The translations under genes were made by a program, and so were the position numbers. Positions 10,389-24,169 of a DNA stretch of 43,464 bases are shown piece after piece. The stretch covers positions 1 to 43,464 of the forward strand of contig JALJEE010000636.1 of NCBI GenBank assembly GCA_023231475.1, written 5' to 3'. The notes beneath the pieces are model-generated. The model saw only the letters and a list, made by a program, of their open reading frames with translations. It had not been told where the DNA came from and did not search any database. Source of the DNA: Seison nebaliae (Eukaryota). Position 1 is the stretch's first letter; each line of letters starts with the position of its first letter.

Positions 10389-13300
10389 TCATATGAATGG
10401 TGCCCATCCATGGAACATTTTACTTAAATTGTCATAACTCGTCGCTTCGTCGATGAGATGTTGAATTAACTTTTCTGATGGAAATTCGATTGATGATAAT
10501 TGTTTATCTATTTTTCCATTTAATCGATTCTCTACATTCGTCACAAATTCTTTCGCTAATTCATTGCCAATCGTTGCGACATTATTCGTTTGATTCCTTC
10601 CTTTTTTACTCTTCCAACCGATACAAGGATCATAAATAAACGATCGAAGAATCGTTAGAATTGCGTCGTCATTCTTTTCCATCAATTCAAATGTTCGTTC
10701 AGCTGTCGATCGAAATATTCCGTTATAACCCGTACATCCAAAAGCGTCCACTAAATTATGTGTCAAACGAAATGGAACACATTCCGGTACGGGTAAATCA
10801 TTTGCCTTTAAAAATGAAAAATAAAAAAATGAGAAATTTGAAAAATAAAAAAATGAGAAATTTAAACGGCATTAAACATACAACTAAAATCCACATGAAT
10901 CACTTGACCTGTCACTGTATCTAAGAGAATGTTGGCTAAATGACGATCGCCCAAACCACCGATATATCCCATAATCGAAGTAACCGCACATGTATAAGTG
11001 AATCGACAACGGAATGAATACCATTTTTTCGGATCGTCAAATAATTCGAAAAACCAAATCGGTAATTGTGAGGGGAGGAAATGTGGGAGAACTTTCGTCA
11101 AAAATTCTATTTTTCTTTGTCTTTTTTTTAGTTAAATTTTTCAAATGAGAAATTTTATTAGAAAAATAAAATGAACTTTTCAGGTTTTCGTTCCAAATCC
11201 GTCATTCGCATAGCTCCGAAACTTGTCGCATTTGGTATTCCTACATCCAAATATTTTGCGTCCAAAATCGTTTTTAACGTTTTCAAATTATAGATCCATT
11301 CAATTAATCCCGAATTATGATCTATAAATATCACAGCCTTTCGAATATAATTAAATTTATAAAAATTTTTTAATTTAATTTCATTTAACATAGACACGGA
11401 GTGAGAGTGCTCGTTTTCGACATTCATCGTCTCGTTGGAAGATTTCATTCATCATATAATTCACTTCGATTTGACGATGATCCGTTCGAATACCTTCATC
11501 TTTCTTACATAAATAAGCGTACTTGTTTCCGTCACTCCCAATAAATTTGATACGTTTCGGTCGAGCTAAAGACGAAAGGACACTAAACTTTTGATGAAAA
11601 AATCGAGAATTAAAAATTTGAATAATAAAATTGTAAAACTTTCTCTTCGACTCCATTTATATAAATGGGATTACTTAATGGATGTGTCAATTGATGGAAA
11701 TTAGGAATTATTATTTCCGGTAGCCAACTAAAAAGATGGAAAAATTTGAAACAAAAATTTGAAAGAAAAATTTTAGAAAAAATTTCCAACGAAAATTTTA
11801 GAAAAAATTTTATAATAAATAAAATAAAAAATAGAATATTTAGTATAGTGTGGAATAAAACCTTCGGTTTAATGATTTGTAAATTTTTCCGAATTTGACT
11901 TCCATCGAGAATTGTCGCGCAGCAATATCAGATATTGCTAGTTGTTTCAGATGTTTACTAATCTCATAAATATTTAAATGTTCTTGTTTGATTTGTGGAT
12001 GTTTTTGTCTTTAGATAAATTAGGAAAATAAAAGAAAGTATTGAAGAAACTAACATTAATTTGGTGAGAATTGATTGTTGTCGAGTTTTGATGAGGGTGA
12101 TCTTCGAATAATTCAAACTGACACAAAGCCAAAGAGTTTGTTGTGTCATTTCTTTGTATAACTTTAAAATGAAATGATAGAGAAGAATTTTGAGAGGTTT
12201 GAACATTTATGAAACTTTCGACATATAAATTGCAATCACTTCAAAAACTCGATGTAAGGGGAATTTGAAGCGAGAATTGAGAATGGAAACTGAATGGATA
12301 ATTGTAGTTGATGGTATTGAGTCGATTTGTTTCAAGAAGATATCACGACAATCAACGAGAAATTTGTATTGAGGGAAATTTATTAATCGTTGTTCTTGTC
12401 CTTTCAAATCCATAACGAGCGTTTCTTTCAATAATACATCCGTTTCTAATTTCTCCTGAATGAATTCTTCGGCGATTTGGAAGAAGATGTTGAATGCTTT
12501 CATAATACAATCTTTAGCGAACGTATCTGATGTGATGGATAATGCTTCACAATAATTTTTTATTCCATTCAAATAATATGTACTTGGAATTAAAATAGAA
12601 ATTGTGAACAAAAGGAAAAAAAAATGAAACTATTTCTCATCTTTACAATCTGATTCTTCATAAATTCGTGCGATCTTCTCGTGATATTTAGCAAAAATAT
12701 ATTTCGTCTCAACATTCTTCCGATCCATATTCACTGCCGATTCATATCGATGGAATACTTCATCGAAATGACAATTGGACAAATTACTCATATAATCACC
12801 AAGGAGAATGTGAATCTATTTTAAATATTATTTAAAAATACAATTTTATTTGAGATTATTTGTAAACTTGAGAAATTTGTTTGGAATATTCTTCATCTTT
12901 TAACATTTCTTCTGTTATCTCCTTCTCGATACGTCCCAATTCATTTTTCAATAAACTTATTGCTTCATTTTTTTTATTCTGAAAAAATTGAATAATTTCT
13001 AATTTTAAAGAAATTTTTCAAAATAAAATGGAACTTGACTGAAATAACATTTGGCGATTAGAATTGATTTTTTCAAGAGAATAATTTTCGAATCCGATCT
13101 GATATTTCTCAATTTTTTTAAACATAATTCCTGATGATTTGACAATCGATAACTTTCACTTAATCTCAATTGTGTTTCACCTAACTGAAATTGAATGAGT
13201 TGACTAGTCTCGTTCGATTCTCTCAAACAAATGAGAAGACATTCATGAACATTTAATATCAATTGTCGACTATACATAGAAAGTGGGAGATGAGAAGATC

Positions 13301-16300
13301 GATAATTCCAAGTGGAAAATAATTCCTTCAAATTCTCTTCCTTCTTCTCTTCAATTGTTGATATTGTATCAAATAATTTCATATCATAAATCAAATGAGA
13401 ATTAATGAGTAATTGTTGATGAATAGTAATATATTTTTGATCGAAATTTTCTAATTGAGAATTTTGAAAATCGAATAAAATTCTCGTTTTCCATTCTTGG
13501 AAAATATCTTCTTTTTTCTTCACATTTTCTTTCTTATAATAAATTTGAATTAATTTTCCGATTATTATATCAATGGAGGGATTGGTTATACATTGGAAAT
13601 TCTCTTTGAGTAGATAAGGAATATTATTTGATTGCCATGTTGATCGAATGAATTGTGAATAGAGATTAGTGGAATTTCTGGTGAAGGAGACGGCGATCGC
13701 TGAACGTTCGGATCTGATGAGACAATCAGCTAATAATGATTGAATTGTATCGATAGTTTTATAATTTCTTTCATTTTGTAATCGATTATCGAACCAATCA
13801 GTTAAGTCATTAAAATTTTTCACTTTGAGAACGAGGAAAGAAGGAAAAATTTCTTCAGTTTCCAAATGATCATCATCAATGGATGTCTGATGAATTGCGT
13901 CATATTGATTAAGTGACGAATAAATTTTATATAAATTCACTTCATTCATTCCATCCTCCTCCATTACTATTCCATCCCAACATTTGAATTGGAAAGTGGT
14001 GAATTTGAGACGAAGAATTTTAGATTGAATCCATCCACTAAAATAATGTGTGCCCAATAGATGAGTGAAATGGAAATGAGACCAATTCATTCGACTTCGT
14101 AATTTTTCAAAAATCATTTTATGATATGTCTCCAGAACACGTTGACGACAACCCAATTCATTGAAATATAATGCTAATTCATAATTGTGGATGTGGAAAG
14201 CGGATTTCATTAACAAATCCAATGGAATTCCACTCACAAATTTGGCGATTCGGATGAAAATTTTCGATTGAAATTGTCGTTGAAAAATACGAGAATATGG
14301 TAATACTTTATCATCTTCATTCCAAATCGTTTGTAATTTACGAGTATCATCTTTTGCTTTACTTTCTCTTCTTATCCATTTCAAATGGAAAAGAAAAGTA
14401 TTTTGGACCATTCGAATTTCATCAATTTTCTTCATATGATCCCACTCTAAAATTGAACTTAATTTCTCTCGAATTGAATCGATATTTTCATCCGATACAT
14501 ATGACGATGAAAGAAGATGAAAAAAAGAATATGGAAATATAAAATGGAAAAATTTCAATTCTTCTGACATCAATACTACTGTATCATTCAAGATGAGTTT
14601 AAACGAATCACTACTATCAAATAAATCGATGTATTCCAATACATAATCTTCCACTTTCTGCGAATCATCTACTTCGAATTGGGATGTTAATAACGGAAAT
14701 AATTCATCCCAATCATGTACATTTCTTTTTAATTCATTCAATTTCAACTTATCATCATTCATAAGAGCGTCATGATATCCGAAATCTTTCAAAATCTCTT
14801 GAATCGAATAACGTGCTAAATATCGAACATTAATTGAATTATTCTGATAAGATTCTTCAATAAGAAAATTGAGAATTTCTCCCAAAATTTCAGGTGATTC
14901 ATTCAAATTTTCATATGAATGTAAATATGGAAATTTTTCCATTTCCATTTCCACTTCTTCCGTCAACTCTTTTACATTTTCTCTCACACTCATTTCCATA
15001 TATCCGATATGTCCGATCGTTTCAATTGCATGAAATTTGGTCGATTCGTCCATTCTCTCCGAACATAATTCGACGAGACGTTCATGAATTTGATGGAATT
15101 CCATCGAATATAAATTATCTTTGTCTAATTGAAATTGATGTAGTGATTCCATCAGATATGTCATGATATGTTTATAAATCTTTTCATATTTCCGATCGGT
15201 GAGAATGGAGAGAATTGTACGTTCAAGAATTGATTGTGGAATTTCCAAATGTTTCATCAACTTCTCTAAATAACAATCGATTTCTTTCGTCCATTTGATC
15301 AAATGAAATTGAATTAGACAATTCCTCTCCAATTTCTTCCAATTATTTTTCAAATAATCCAACAATAATTCATAGACAATTCCAAGATTGGGTTGAGTAA
15401 AATAGAAATTGGCTGAATAAAAATATTCAAAAATGAAATTTTCCGAATTCTCTTCAAATCTAACGAGATATTTTCCAAATAATTCCCACAATTCCAAAAT
15501 CTCTTCCGTCTTTTTTTGAGATGTCAATAATTGTAAACATGAAAATAATTTACCTTTTGAAATTAAATTAAATTCATTCTTCTCATCTAAACGAATGAGA
15601 GATGAAAGTGAAAAAATCACATAATCTTTCCCATATTCACAATCACCAACGACCACCGACACTAAATGAATGAGAATTGCTGAGAAATTATATTGAAGGA
15701 ATTTGACGATATTATCTCGATTCTCTTCGATTGTATTTGATGAGAGTAATTGGAAGAAAATATAAATGATCTTTTCATTAAATTTAATGTGAAGAATTAA
15801 TTCTTGGAGAATTGGAATGAAATATTTTTGAATGATTTGCACGAAAGAAATCATCAATAACCGTTTGATGATTAATGGAATTCGATCGAATTTCGATTTA
15901 TTTGAAATAATCAAATGAATTAATGATCTCATGAACCAAAATGATAAATTTGAAATCGATGTCTTCAACATAAAAATGCATAAAATATATCGAATTAGAC
16001 TCTGATTTCCATCTGTCTCACTCAACAGAAACATCGACAATTCATTTAACAGATAAATCGATTGACGTTCCATTGAGTAGAGAGTTAAATAAATTTTCAA
16101 ATTTCTCCAATACTCTTCCACCGTCACGAAATGTTTATTGAAATTTAAGACGATTAATAAATCCGTTAAATTTTCCGTTTGATGATAAGGTAATTTTTTG
16201 AAATCATTTTCGAATTCATATTCATGACAAATTAATAATTGACGTTCCATCGGAATATTCCATTGGAATCTCTTCAATTGTTCCTTCGATATTTCCTCAA

Positions 16301-18113
16301 TCGATTTCTTCTCGTTTTGACGGATTTGATGGAATGAAAATTTCATATCGGAAATTATCAATTGTGCAAGAAATGGAGAAATGTTTTTAAATAATTCTTC
16401 AGTTGATTTGAATTGCCATCGATCTTTTAATTCATCGATTAGACTCATTAGATAGAATGAAATGAATTGACATTCTAATCTCTCGAAACGTTCATTCGTC
16501 ACATGAAGTTGATAAGTTGTCAAATAATAATGGAGAATATAATGAAGAAATATTTGAACTACAAAGAAATTGGAGAATGATAATAAAATTAATCGAATCA
16601 TTCTCAATTCTCTCTCCAATTTCTCTAATTCGATTTGATCACCATATTTTTTGAGTTCTCGATGAAAATTTGCGAAAATTTTCATTTGACGCAATTTTAT
16701 ATTATCCAAATTATCATCAGATGATTTCGCCATATCTTTCAACGTTTCCTGAAATTTTCGTTTTGATATTATCCAAATAAATTTAATGGAACATAAAGAA
16801 TTTGTGGAATTTCGATCTCGATTTAATTCATCGATTCTGGAAATTATTCCAAATAATATCGGTAGGAAAATGAGAATTTCATTAAATTTCTTCTCTTTCA
16901 CAATCATTTCATTCTCCATATTATTATCCTTCTTCTTGATTAGTAACAACATTTTTATTAATTTCAAATTTATTCGATTCTCCAAATTCACCGAAAATTC
17001 ATTCAATTTTCCAATTAATTTCCTGATGAGATTTTCATTCTTTTCTTTTTCAAATAGAATATCGAGAATTATTGATTGAAATAATTGAAGAATCGATAAT
17101 TGATTAGAGAAATCGATAAAATTCAAATTTTTTGAAAACAATTCCAGGAAACAATCAATTGAATAAAATTTTTGATTAGTTGAAAAACGATCGAAATTTG
17201 AAGTTAAAAGAATTTGAACAATTCTCTCGATCGTTTCATCTTTCTCTAATTTACATTCCATTTCAACCGTTTCTGATTCAGATGAAGATGTTGAAAGATG
17301 AATTTGGAAATATTTCTTCTTTTCCATTTCCACATTAACACACATATTTTCATCTTCCAATAAAACGAAATCAATGAGAATATTGGAAGAATTATCGAAT
17401 TTATTCTTCTGAAATTTTGAGACATATCTCAATTCTTTTTGGATAACTGTCCGATTTCTTATTAGTAGAATGAGATGAATTATTGAAAGTGAATATTTCT
17501 CTTGTAACATTTCCAGTAAATTGTTCATTAAAAAATGGATTAAATCATCTCGGTAAAAGTGAACGATATTCGTCAATCGCATAATGAAATGAAGAAGAAT
17601 TCCATATCTCTCCTCCCCAACCATCATCCATTGATCTAATGAATAGATTGTGAGTAAACGGAAATAAAGAATTGAATCTATTTCTAATCGATGAAGACAT
17701 TTCAATAGTAAATAATCGAATGCAAATCGATTAGGAAGTGTGGACCATTCATTCTCCAAATTCTCAAAATCATTGTCCAATTGAGAATTTTGGGAGTTCA
17801 ATAACCGTTTTATCCATTCATTTTCATTCGTGACTAATTGATGATAAATTCGTTGTATTCCAAAATGAATAATCATATTAGCAATTTCTTCACTTTTCTC
17901 TGTTCTTTCCGAAAGGAAAAGCTCATGCAAATAATTTATAATTCTCTCAAATCTCTTCTCATTATTTCTCCCTAATGAATTCTTTAATTCCTCCAAAATA
18001 TTATCATCACTCAACTCAATATCAATTATTCTACGACGTTTCTCACACGACTCATTCGACGAACCATCATATAATCGACGATGTTTCCCTTCGGTCGTTC
18101 TTCTGGAACTCAT
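10389..18113 (-). CDS. ATR: Serine/threonine PIKK kinase ATR, 11 exons
   Basis: Motifs LSSLARPKRIKFIGSDG, GLGDRHLANILLD, HVDFSCMFN, VPECVPFRLTHNLVDAFG, and FATC end LIDEATSYDNLSKMFHGWAPFI*. First exon is ~5.1 kb (18113-13035), followed by 10 short GTT..AG introns that restore the frame. Confidence 0.9.
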
Positions 18114-18672
18114 AACGATTTCATCTTTTGAAAATAACTTTTAAATAAACACCAGTTTTTGAATGAGTGCCAAAATTCTGCATATAATTTTGGAAAGATC
18201 AAACGTTCTCAAACCAGAAGCACTAAATGAAAAATTTAATTGTAATTTTTTCAAATAGTATCTTTTCAAAAGTTAGGCTTATACTTCCGAATTTCCTTTT
18301 CACCGTGTATCAAATTAGAAAAATTGCTTGTTCTACTCTTAAAACTTTCTTTTTATAGTATTAACTTATAAAAGTATTTTGTATTTAATTCTAACAATTT
18401 TGTAAGAAAGTTTTCGTAATTTCAAAATAAAATTTTTCAGAGTATTCCTGGAAAAAGTTTAAAGAATTAAAATTATGTAAGTCAATTTAAAATATGATAA
18501 ATATTTAAAATGATTGAAATCGTTACACCAGATAGAATTAGAGAATAGCATTTAATGGAAAACACGTTGTACGTAATTGATTTCGAATGAACGCGTCATA
18601 AAAAGGAATCGGATAAAAGAAGTTTCCTTAAAAGCGAATCGCAATTTAATTTCAATTTTCTTTTAAGTGGAA

Positions 18673-19461
18673 ATGACTTGGAAAATTAGTGATTGTCGTA
18701 AGATTTATGGAATTGGTAAAAATTTCGTGTTAATATATTATTTAAGTTATTGAAGTTAATTTGAACGAAATTTACAGAGGAAGTCCGAAGGAACTGAGTA
18801 AAGAAACACCTCCACCTCCCATTATATTTATGAAACCAAATACAGCATTGATTGAGGAAAATGAAAAGATAAAAGTTAATTTATAATTTAATAATTGTTT
18901 AGTGCGAATTTGATTAGTTGCCGAATGATTCGATTGAATTACATCATGAAATCGAACTGGGTGTTATTATTAAGGAGAAGATTCCATTCAAAACATTTGA
19001 TGACAGATCAATGAACAAATACGTTAAAGGATATGTACTTGCTTTAGATATGACGGATAGGAATGTTTTGAAGAGATTATTAGACAATTCCCATCCTTGG
19101 CTATTAGCTAAAGGTTTCGATAATGGATGTCCCGTCTCCAAATTTATCGATTATAACAAAGTTAGATACCATACAATATGTTTATGATATAATCATTAAA
19201 AAGATTAAGAATACGAACAACGTTCAATTAAAGTTAAAGATCAATGGGAAATCACAACAGGATGGAAATACAGAATGTATGATCTGGAAAGTGAAGGAAT
19301 TAATGAAATATCTTAATCAATTCTTTACTTTGGAAGCGAATGATCTCATTCTCATGGGAACACCCGAAGGAGTATCTGCAGTAAAAAGTGGAGACGAATT
19401 ATTTGGTGAGATGTACGAGGATAATAAATTAATAACTTCAATGAAATTCTTTCTTGAATAA
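18673..19461 (+). CDS. FAHD1: Fumarylacetoacetate hydrolase domain protein (FAHD1-like)
   Basis: Motifs KIYGIGKNF, PIIFMKP, LHHEIELGVII, GYVLALDMTDR, PWLLAKGFD, DLILMGTPEGV. Introns 18729-18777, 18875-18917, 19161-19203. Confidence 0.9.
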
Positions 19462-20378
19462 AATATAATTAAAATAAGTTTTATTTCCCGTCATAACTGC
19501 CATTGGTTCAATGATCACTGATGATCAAACTTCAAAGTTGAATTAGATTGCCGGAAATACTAAATTGAATGTGCGAAAATCTCATGTTGTTATTAGAAAA
19601 AATCGATGATTCTAAGAAAAAAACAATTTTTTCTGTAACGAGACAATTTCAATTCCTCTTACCGAAAAGTTTGAGGGAAAAATCGATAAGGGAGTTTATA
19701 TATAGAGGAATATACATATAAGTATAGATAAAGTATACTTTCCATTCTCAAAATCGAACCAAATTATCCTTCAAACCAAATTAACTGTTAGCCGGATATC
19801 TTCTACCGAAATTGTTTGCCATCGAAATATTCTCACAAGGTTCTCACTATATAGTATATAGTTTATAAGCATATAGTTTTATTCCATTAAGAATATAGTA
19901 TATTTATTTTTTTAGTAAAGGATTAATCTTTATTTCATCCAATTCAAAATTAGACATTTTGTCGAATAAATCCATCGTGTTATAAGTATCTGCAGTATTA
20001 TTGATGTTAATGTATATTTGGTCATTATTATGTATTTCGTCGCATCTTTTCTAAAGGAGAGATTTATTAGCCAAAATTAATTTTTTTTTATTGAAATTTT
20101 CGTCTGGATAAATTGAAATTTTTTTGATTATATAATATATATATATACATAGAATTATACAATAAAGTCTACGAATGTTATCACAAAAACATTATAAGAA
20201 CAGTGGAGAGATTCCTAGTAGTTTTATTACATCAACTGACAGAGGTAATTGCTAGATATCATTTGGAAGAGGAAAATGAGTAGTTTCTAACATATTCTAA
20301 ATAGTATTAAAACTTTCCCGTTCTCTCTATAATCTTGTTCTAACGCTCCATTTATTCTTTCATAGAAATCTTCCTCAA

Positions 20379-21002
20379 ATGAACATGATAATTTTTATGT
20401 ATCTGATGGCTTGTTTCATGTTTCTTTCTTTGTCTATGGTCGAAATTCGCGAATTCGAGAATGAACATTACTCTCTAACTGTACAACTGAAAAACGTTAA
20501 CGATTTGACGACTCCAAGAAATTTGCCGGAACGATGTTCAGAAAATACGAATGGAATAAATAAACCTTTGACATTCTATAGCACAACTCTTATTCAGCAT
20601 TTCAGAGAATTCAGTAATAGTGGGGCTTTTGGAATTGAACGACGCAATGATAGCTTCTATTGGGCAGATAGATTTCAAACTAAAATTAATAACAATGAAT
20701 CTTGTAACCTGTGGGCTCAACATAAGCCAAATCTTGATGAAAAATTTATTATTATCCGCAGTAAAAATGGGAAATTTGCAGACAATGATAATGTACCAGG
20801 TTTTTTTTGTATGAAGTTCCAAATGAAAAAATTATCATTCAAATTAAACACTCGAAATGAAGAGTATAATGAGTTGAACCGTAAGAGAGTCATTAATATT
20901 TTATACAATCTGAATTCAATCGATCCAAAAATTCTTTTCGAGTCTTCAACTTGTTACGAAAAACGGATGATGATTGGCGATTATGAATACATAAAAATAT
21001 GA
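20379..21002 (+). CDS. Secreted protein with degenerate C-type lectin-like domain
   Basis: Hydrophobic N-terminal signal. FYWAD..NLWAQHKPN..NGKFAD..FFC resembles the CTLD W-x-x-x-x-PN / GKW-x-D / FIC pattern, but cysteines are missing. Confidence 0.5.
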   Translation: MNMIIFMYLMACFMFLSLSMVEIREFENEHYSLTVQLKNVNDLTTPRNLPERCSENTNGINKPLTFYSTTLIQHFREFSNSGAFGIERRNDSFYWADRFQTKINNNESCNLWAQHKPNLDEKFIIIRSKNGKFADNDNVPGFFCMKFQMKKLSFKLNTRNEEYNELNRKRVINILYNLNSIDPKILFESSTCYEKRMMIGDYEYIKI

Positions 21003-21335
21003 AATTATATCGATAATTTACCATAAAGAATATATTTATTAATACCGAAAGATTTTTGAATTAATTTGTGTTTCATATTTTTTAGAAATTGTTTCGTATC
21101 GTGCGCACCATTCTTTCCTTACTTCTCATCTATTCCCATTTCTTTAAATTTTTCTTTCATTGTCTTTTAATTTTTTTTTCTTTTCTTTTATTTTTCTTTC
21201 TTTTTTTTTTATTTTTCTTTATTTTATGTATACTGTGTTTTACTTATTTTACTTCAATTTTAGAGGAATCATTCCAATTCATGACAGGAGTCGGTTCAAA
21301 TCATGAAACTGACTTTTTATGTTTCTGCTGTTCGA

Positions 21336-21490
21336 AGAAAATCAAAGTCTGCGTGACTCTTTTGTCCCATGGCTGTCTTTTCCGTGGCTCTTTTGTCCGG
21401 GGCTCTTTTGTACCGTGACTGTTTTTTCCGTGGCTATTTTGTACCGTGGCTGTTTTTTCCATGGCTATTCTGTACCGTGGCTGTTTTTTC
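21336..21490. repeat. Second copy of the 172-300 element end with a ~16-bp tandem array
   Basis: AGAAAATCAAAGTCTGCGTG leader identical to 172-191, followed by GTGGCTNTTTT.. units. Confidence 0.8.
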
Positions 21491-21495
21491 GGTAT

Positions 21496-21775
21496 GCGGT
21501 GATTTCGTCACCCTTTTTTTTTCCACTCTCATTCGGACAGTTCGCCACCCTAATAATGGACAGTTCGCCACCCTACTTATGTATTTTTGGTGTTTTCGCC
21601 ACCCTTTTGTATAAATCTGAGCTTCATTTTCTTAAAATAGACAGTTCGCCACCCTGCTTGTATATTTTCGGCGTCTTCGCCACCCTTTTATACAAATTTA
21701 TATGTATTTTCGGCGTTTTCGCCACCCTTTTATACGTATTTGTAGGTATTTTTGCCGTTTTCGCCACCCTTATAT
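21496..21775. repeat. TTCGCCACCCT-containing subrepeat array, probably the end of another DNA element
   Basis: About 8 copies of TTCGCCACCC(T) with GACAG or TATTTTCGGCG prefixes. Confidence 0.7.
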
Positions 21776-22719
21776 ACAAATCATAACTGCATTTTCCGAT
21801 CATATTAATACGAATTCTTACACATTAATGCATTGCCAATTCATTTTTCTCAATTTTTTAATATAGAAAAAAAAGCGATTCTGAAAAAATTTGGAGTTTG
21901 GTGTTGAACGACAAAGTCTCCTCTCTAATTCTCCTACCATTATTACTCAACTAATTATTGCTTTCACTTGATGAGAAGTTATCGGCGAAATAAAATTTCG
22001 ATTTTTTTTCCATATTACTTTCGACATTCTGATCAACTAACTTCCCATGAAGCCAAATGAATTGAAGACGAGTCAAGACGCTTAGGAGAGACCGCTGCAA
22101 TATTTGAGTTAATTGACCTTCGAAAATGGGAAAGAGAGTGAATTCCTGTCGATAAATGATGATACTGAATCGAAACATAATATGTTGACATTGACATAAT
22201 GAATTAAATCTATCCCAAGATTAATCCAAATAAATTTATATTGTTGTGACTTTATTTGGATGTATGTATGAAGTTGATCTAGGGTGGCTTCAATATAAGG
22301 TTGACCAACACAATCACAAAAAGATTGTTATCAATTTTGTCTTAATTAATCTATCGTTGATGTTTGAGACAAGTTGAGTCGAAGTAATACTTTCTTGCTG
22401 TACATAATGCTCGTCAATCTATTCATTTCTCACACAACACATAAATATTTAAATGATCGTTTTTGAACTAAATCTAATATAGAGATGTATATTATGACCT
22501 AACTCATGGAGTGAAGATCGCTCCATCTAACATAAAGATGAAGGTATACCGTTTAATGTATGTATTTGCTCGTATATTTATCCAAGTTACCTATGTGCGA
22601 ATATTATGAATTGACAGTCGTTCGTATACGAACGAATATATTATTATGATTAAAATTTTCAACAATTCATTAAACATTTAAAAAGAAAATCAGAAGTTTC
22701 AAACATTTAATTCAAAAAA

Positions 22720-23679
22720 ATGATGGCAGCAGTGGCAATAAAAGCTGCCATAAAAACTATTTTGAAGGAAGTGATTAAGTCGTTTGCGTTCGAAGGATTA
22801 TTACATTACGTTGACGCATATATTAAACCCTATTTCACAAGTAATAACATGGAGGAAACATATGAAGAAGAAAAATCAAAAGCAGATACATCAAATGTAA
22901 ACATCGATGGCCCGGATACTGAGGAACGCTTGAAGAAGTTGTTGGATGGAATAGGAAATCGAATTAACGAGTTAGAACGTACAATCGAACGATATGAACG
23001 AATTATGGAAGATCAACAAAAAAAAGAAAAGTATCAAAAATTGAATAATGAACTGAACAATTTTAATGGAAAAGGAAGTCAAGTTAAATATGGTGCTGCC
23101 AAACCAAATACTAAACTCCCTACTGGTTTAAATGAGAATGATTGCTTTCTATCGGTACAAGGCTTTCTCCGCAAAGTTCGTTTGATAGATATAAGAAACT
23201 ATGCATTTGAAAAAGGAATTGAAGTCAAACAAATTTCAGTAATCGATAAATTTCCGGACGGGACACCAATGACTGATAAATTAGGTAAAATTATTATTCG
23301 TATGAATATAATAAATTTCAATAAAGCATTCGACGAAACCATATGGCCTGAGGGGACAATTCTTGAGAAGGTTCCAAAAATTTCCAAACAATTTATGTCA
23401 ACTCGTTGTTCTAATTGTTTCCCATTGTCGGAAACACTTGACCGACAAAACATTTTTCAACAAACAAAAAAACAAGAGGACGATAGTGATATTTACAGTG
23501 ATAGCGATTGTGATTTGATGGAAGAGCCTTTGTGGTACTTCCATCGAAACATACTTTCCGATTATAAAGATATGTTGAACAATCCACTTCATGGAAAAGA
23601 AAGTAAAATAAATCGACCAGAAGTTCGGGTCAAACCCATTATTAAGACTACAAAATTTCAACTTAAAGGTGATTGGTAA
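22720..23679 (+). CDS. Non-LTR retrotransposon ORF1-like protein (coiled coil plus RRM-like domain)
   Basis: Intronless 319-aa ORF. Coiled coil, then FLSVQG...IRNY...KAFDETIWPEG, which resembles the WPxG-ending RRM-like domain of invertebrate CR1/L2-type ORF1. Lies upstream of RT remnants on the same strand. Confidence 0.55.
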   Translation: MMAAVAIKAAIKTILKEVIKSFAFEGLLHYVDAYIKPYFTSNNMEETYEEEKSKADTSNVNIDGPDTEERLKKLLDGIGNRINELERTIERYERIMEDQQKKEKYQKLNNELNNFNGKGSQVKYGAAKPNTKLPTGLNENDCFLSVQGFLRKVRLIDIRNYAFEKGIEVKQISVIDKFPDGTPMTDKLGKIIIRMNIINFNKAFDETIWPEGTILEKVPKISKQFMSTRCSNCFPLSETLDRQNIFQQTKKQEDDSDIYSDSDCDLMEEPLWYFHRNILSDYKDMLNNPLHGKESKINRPEVRVKPIIKTTKFQLKGDW

Positions 23680-24169
23680 TTAGTTTTCATTTTTTTCAGT
23701 TTAATGATATTAAATTTAGAGCAGAAAAATAAAACAGTAAACAAATGTTCTTTTTTAAACTCTAAATTATGGATGTCAAATTCGGAGCAAGAAAACAAAA
23801 ACAGAATGACGTCAATATTCTCTTCGTTCCTCTCAACTTGAGATACATGGTCTAAACATAAGTTTGATATACAGATTTCTGCTAAGTTTTTATGTTCTCT
23901 TGGTTTACTTACATTTTGCTAAATTAAACCATTTCATTATACACAATTCGTTATTGAATAATTGACTGTCGATAGTAACTTCCAATTTAGTTTTCTTCGT
24001 CCATATCGTTTTTTCCCCATTGAATGGTTTGATTTCTAATTCCTGAAGAATTGATTCGAAATTTTGACAATTTCTGGCATTAATCATGACATGATGTATG
24101 AATCAGATATTCCCACCGAAAGCAATGCTTTTGCCACTAATAATTATTAGTGTTATAAAGATTACAATC

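Noticed and set aside
14297..17079. Plus-strand ORFs inside ATR, and other short antisense ORFs over Rae1, FAHD1, Nup43 and the C2 gene
   Set aside because: Shadows of the real coding strand.
21951..22450. Minus-strand fragments faintly like an RT C-terminus (IKTKLI, NLGI)
   Set aside because: Too degenerate to support.
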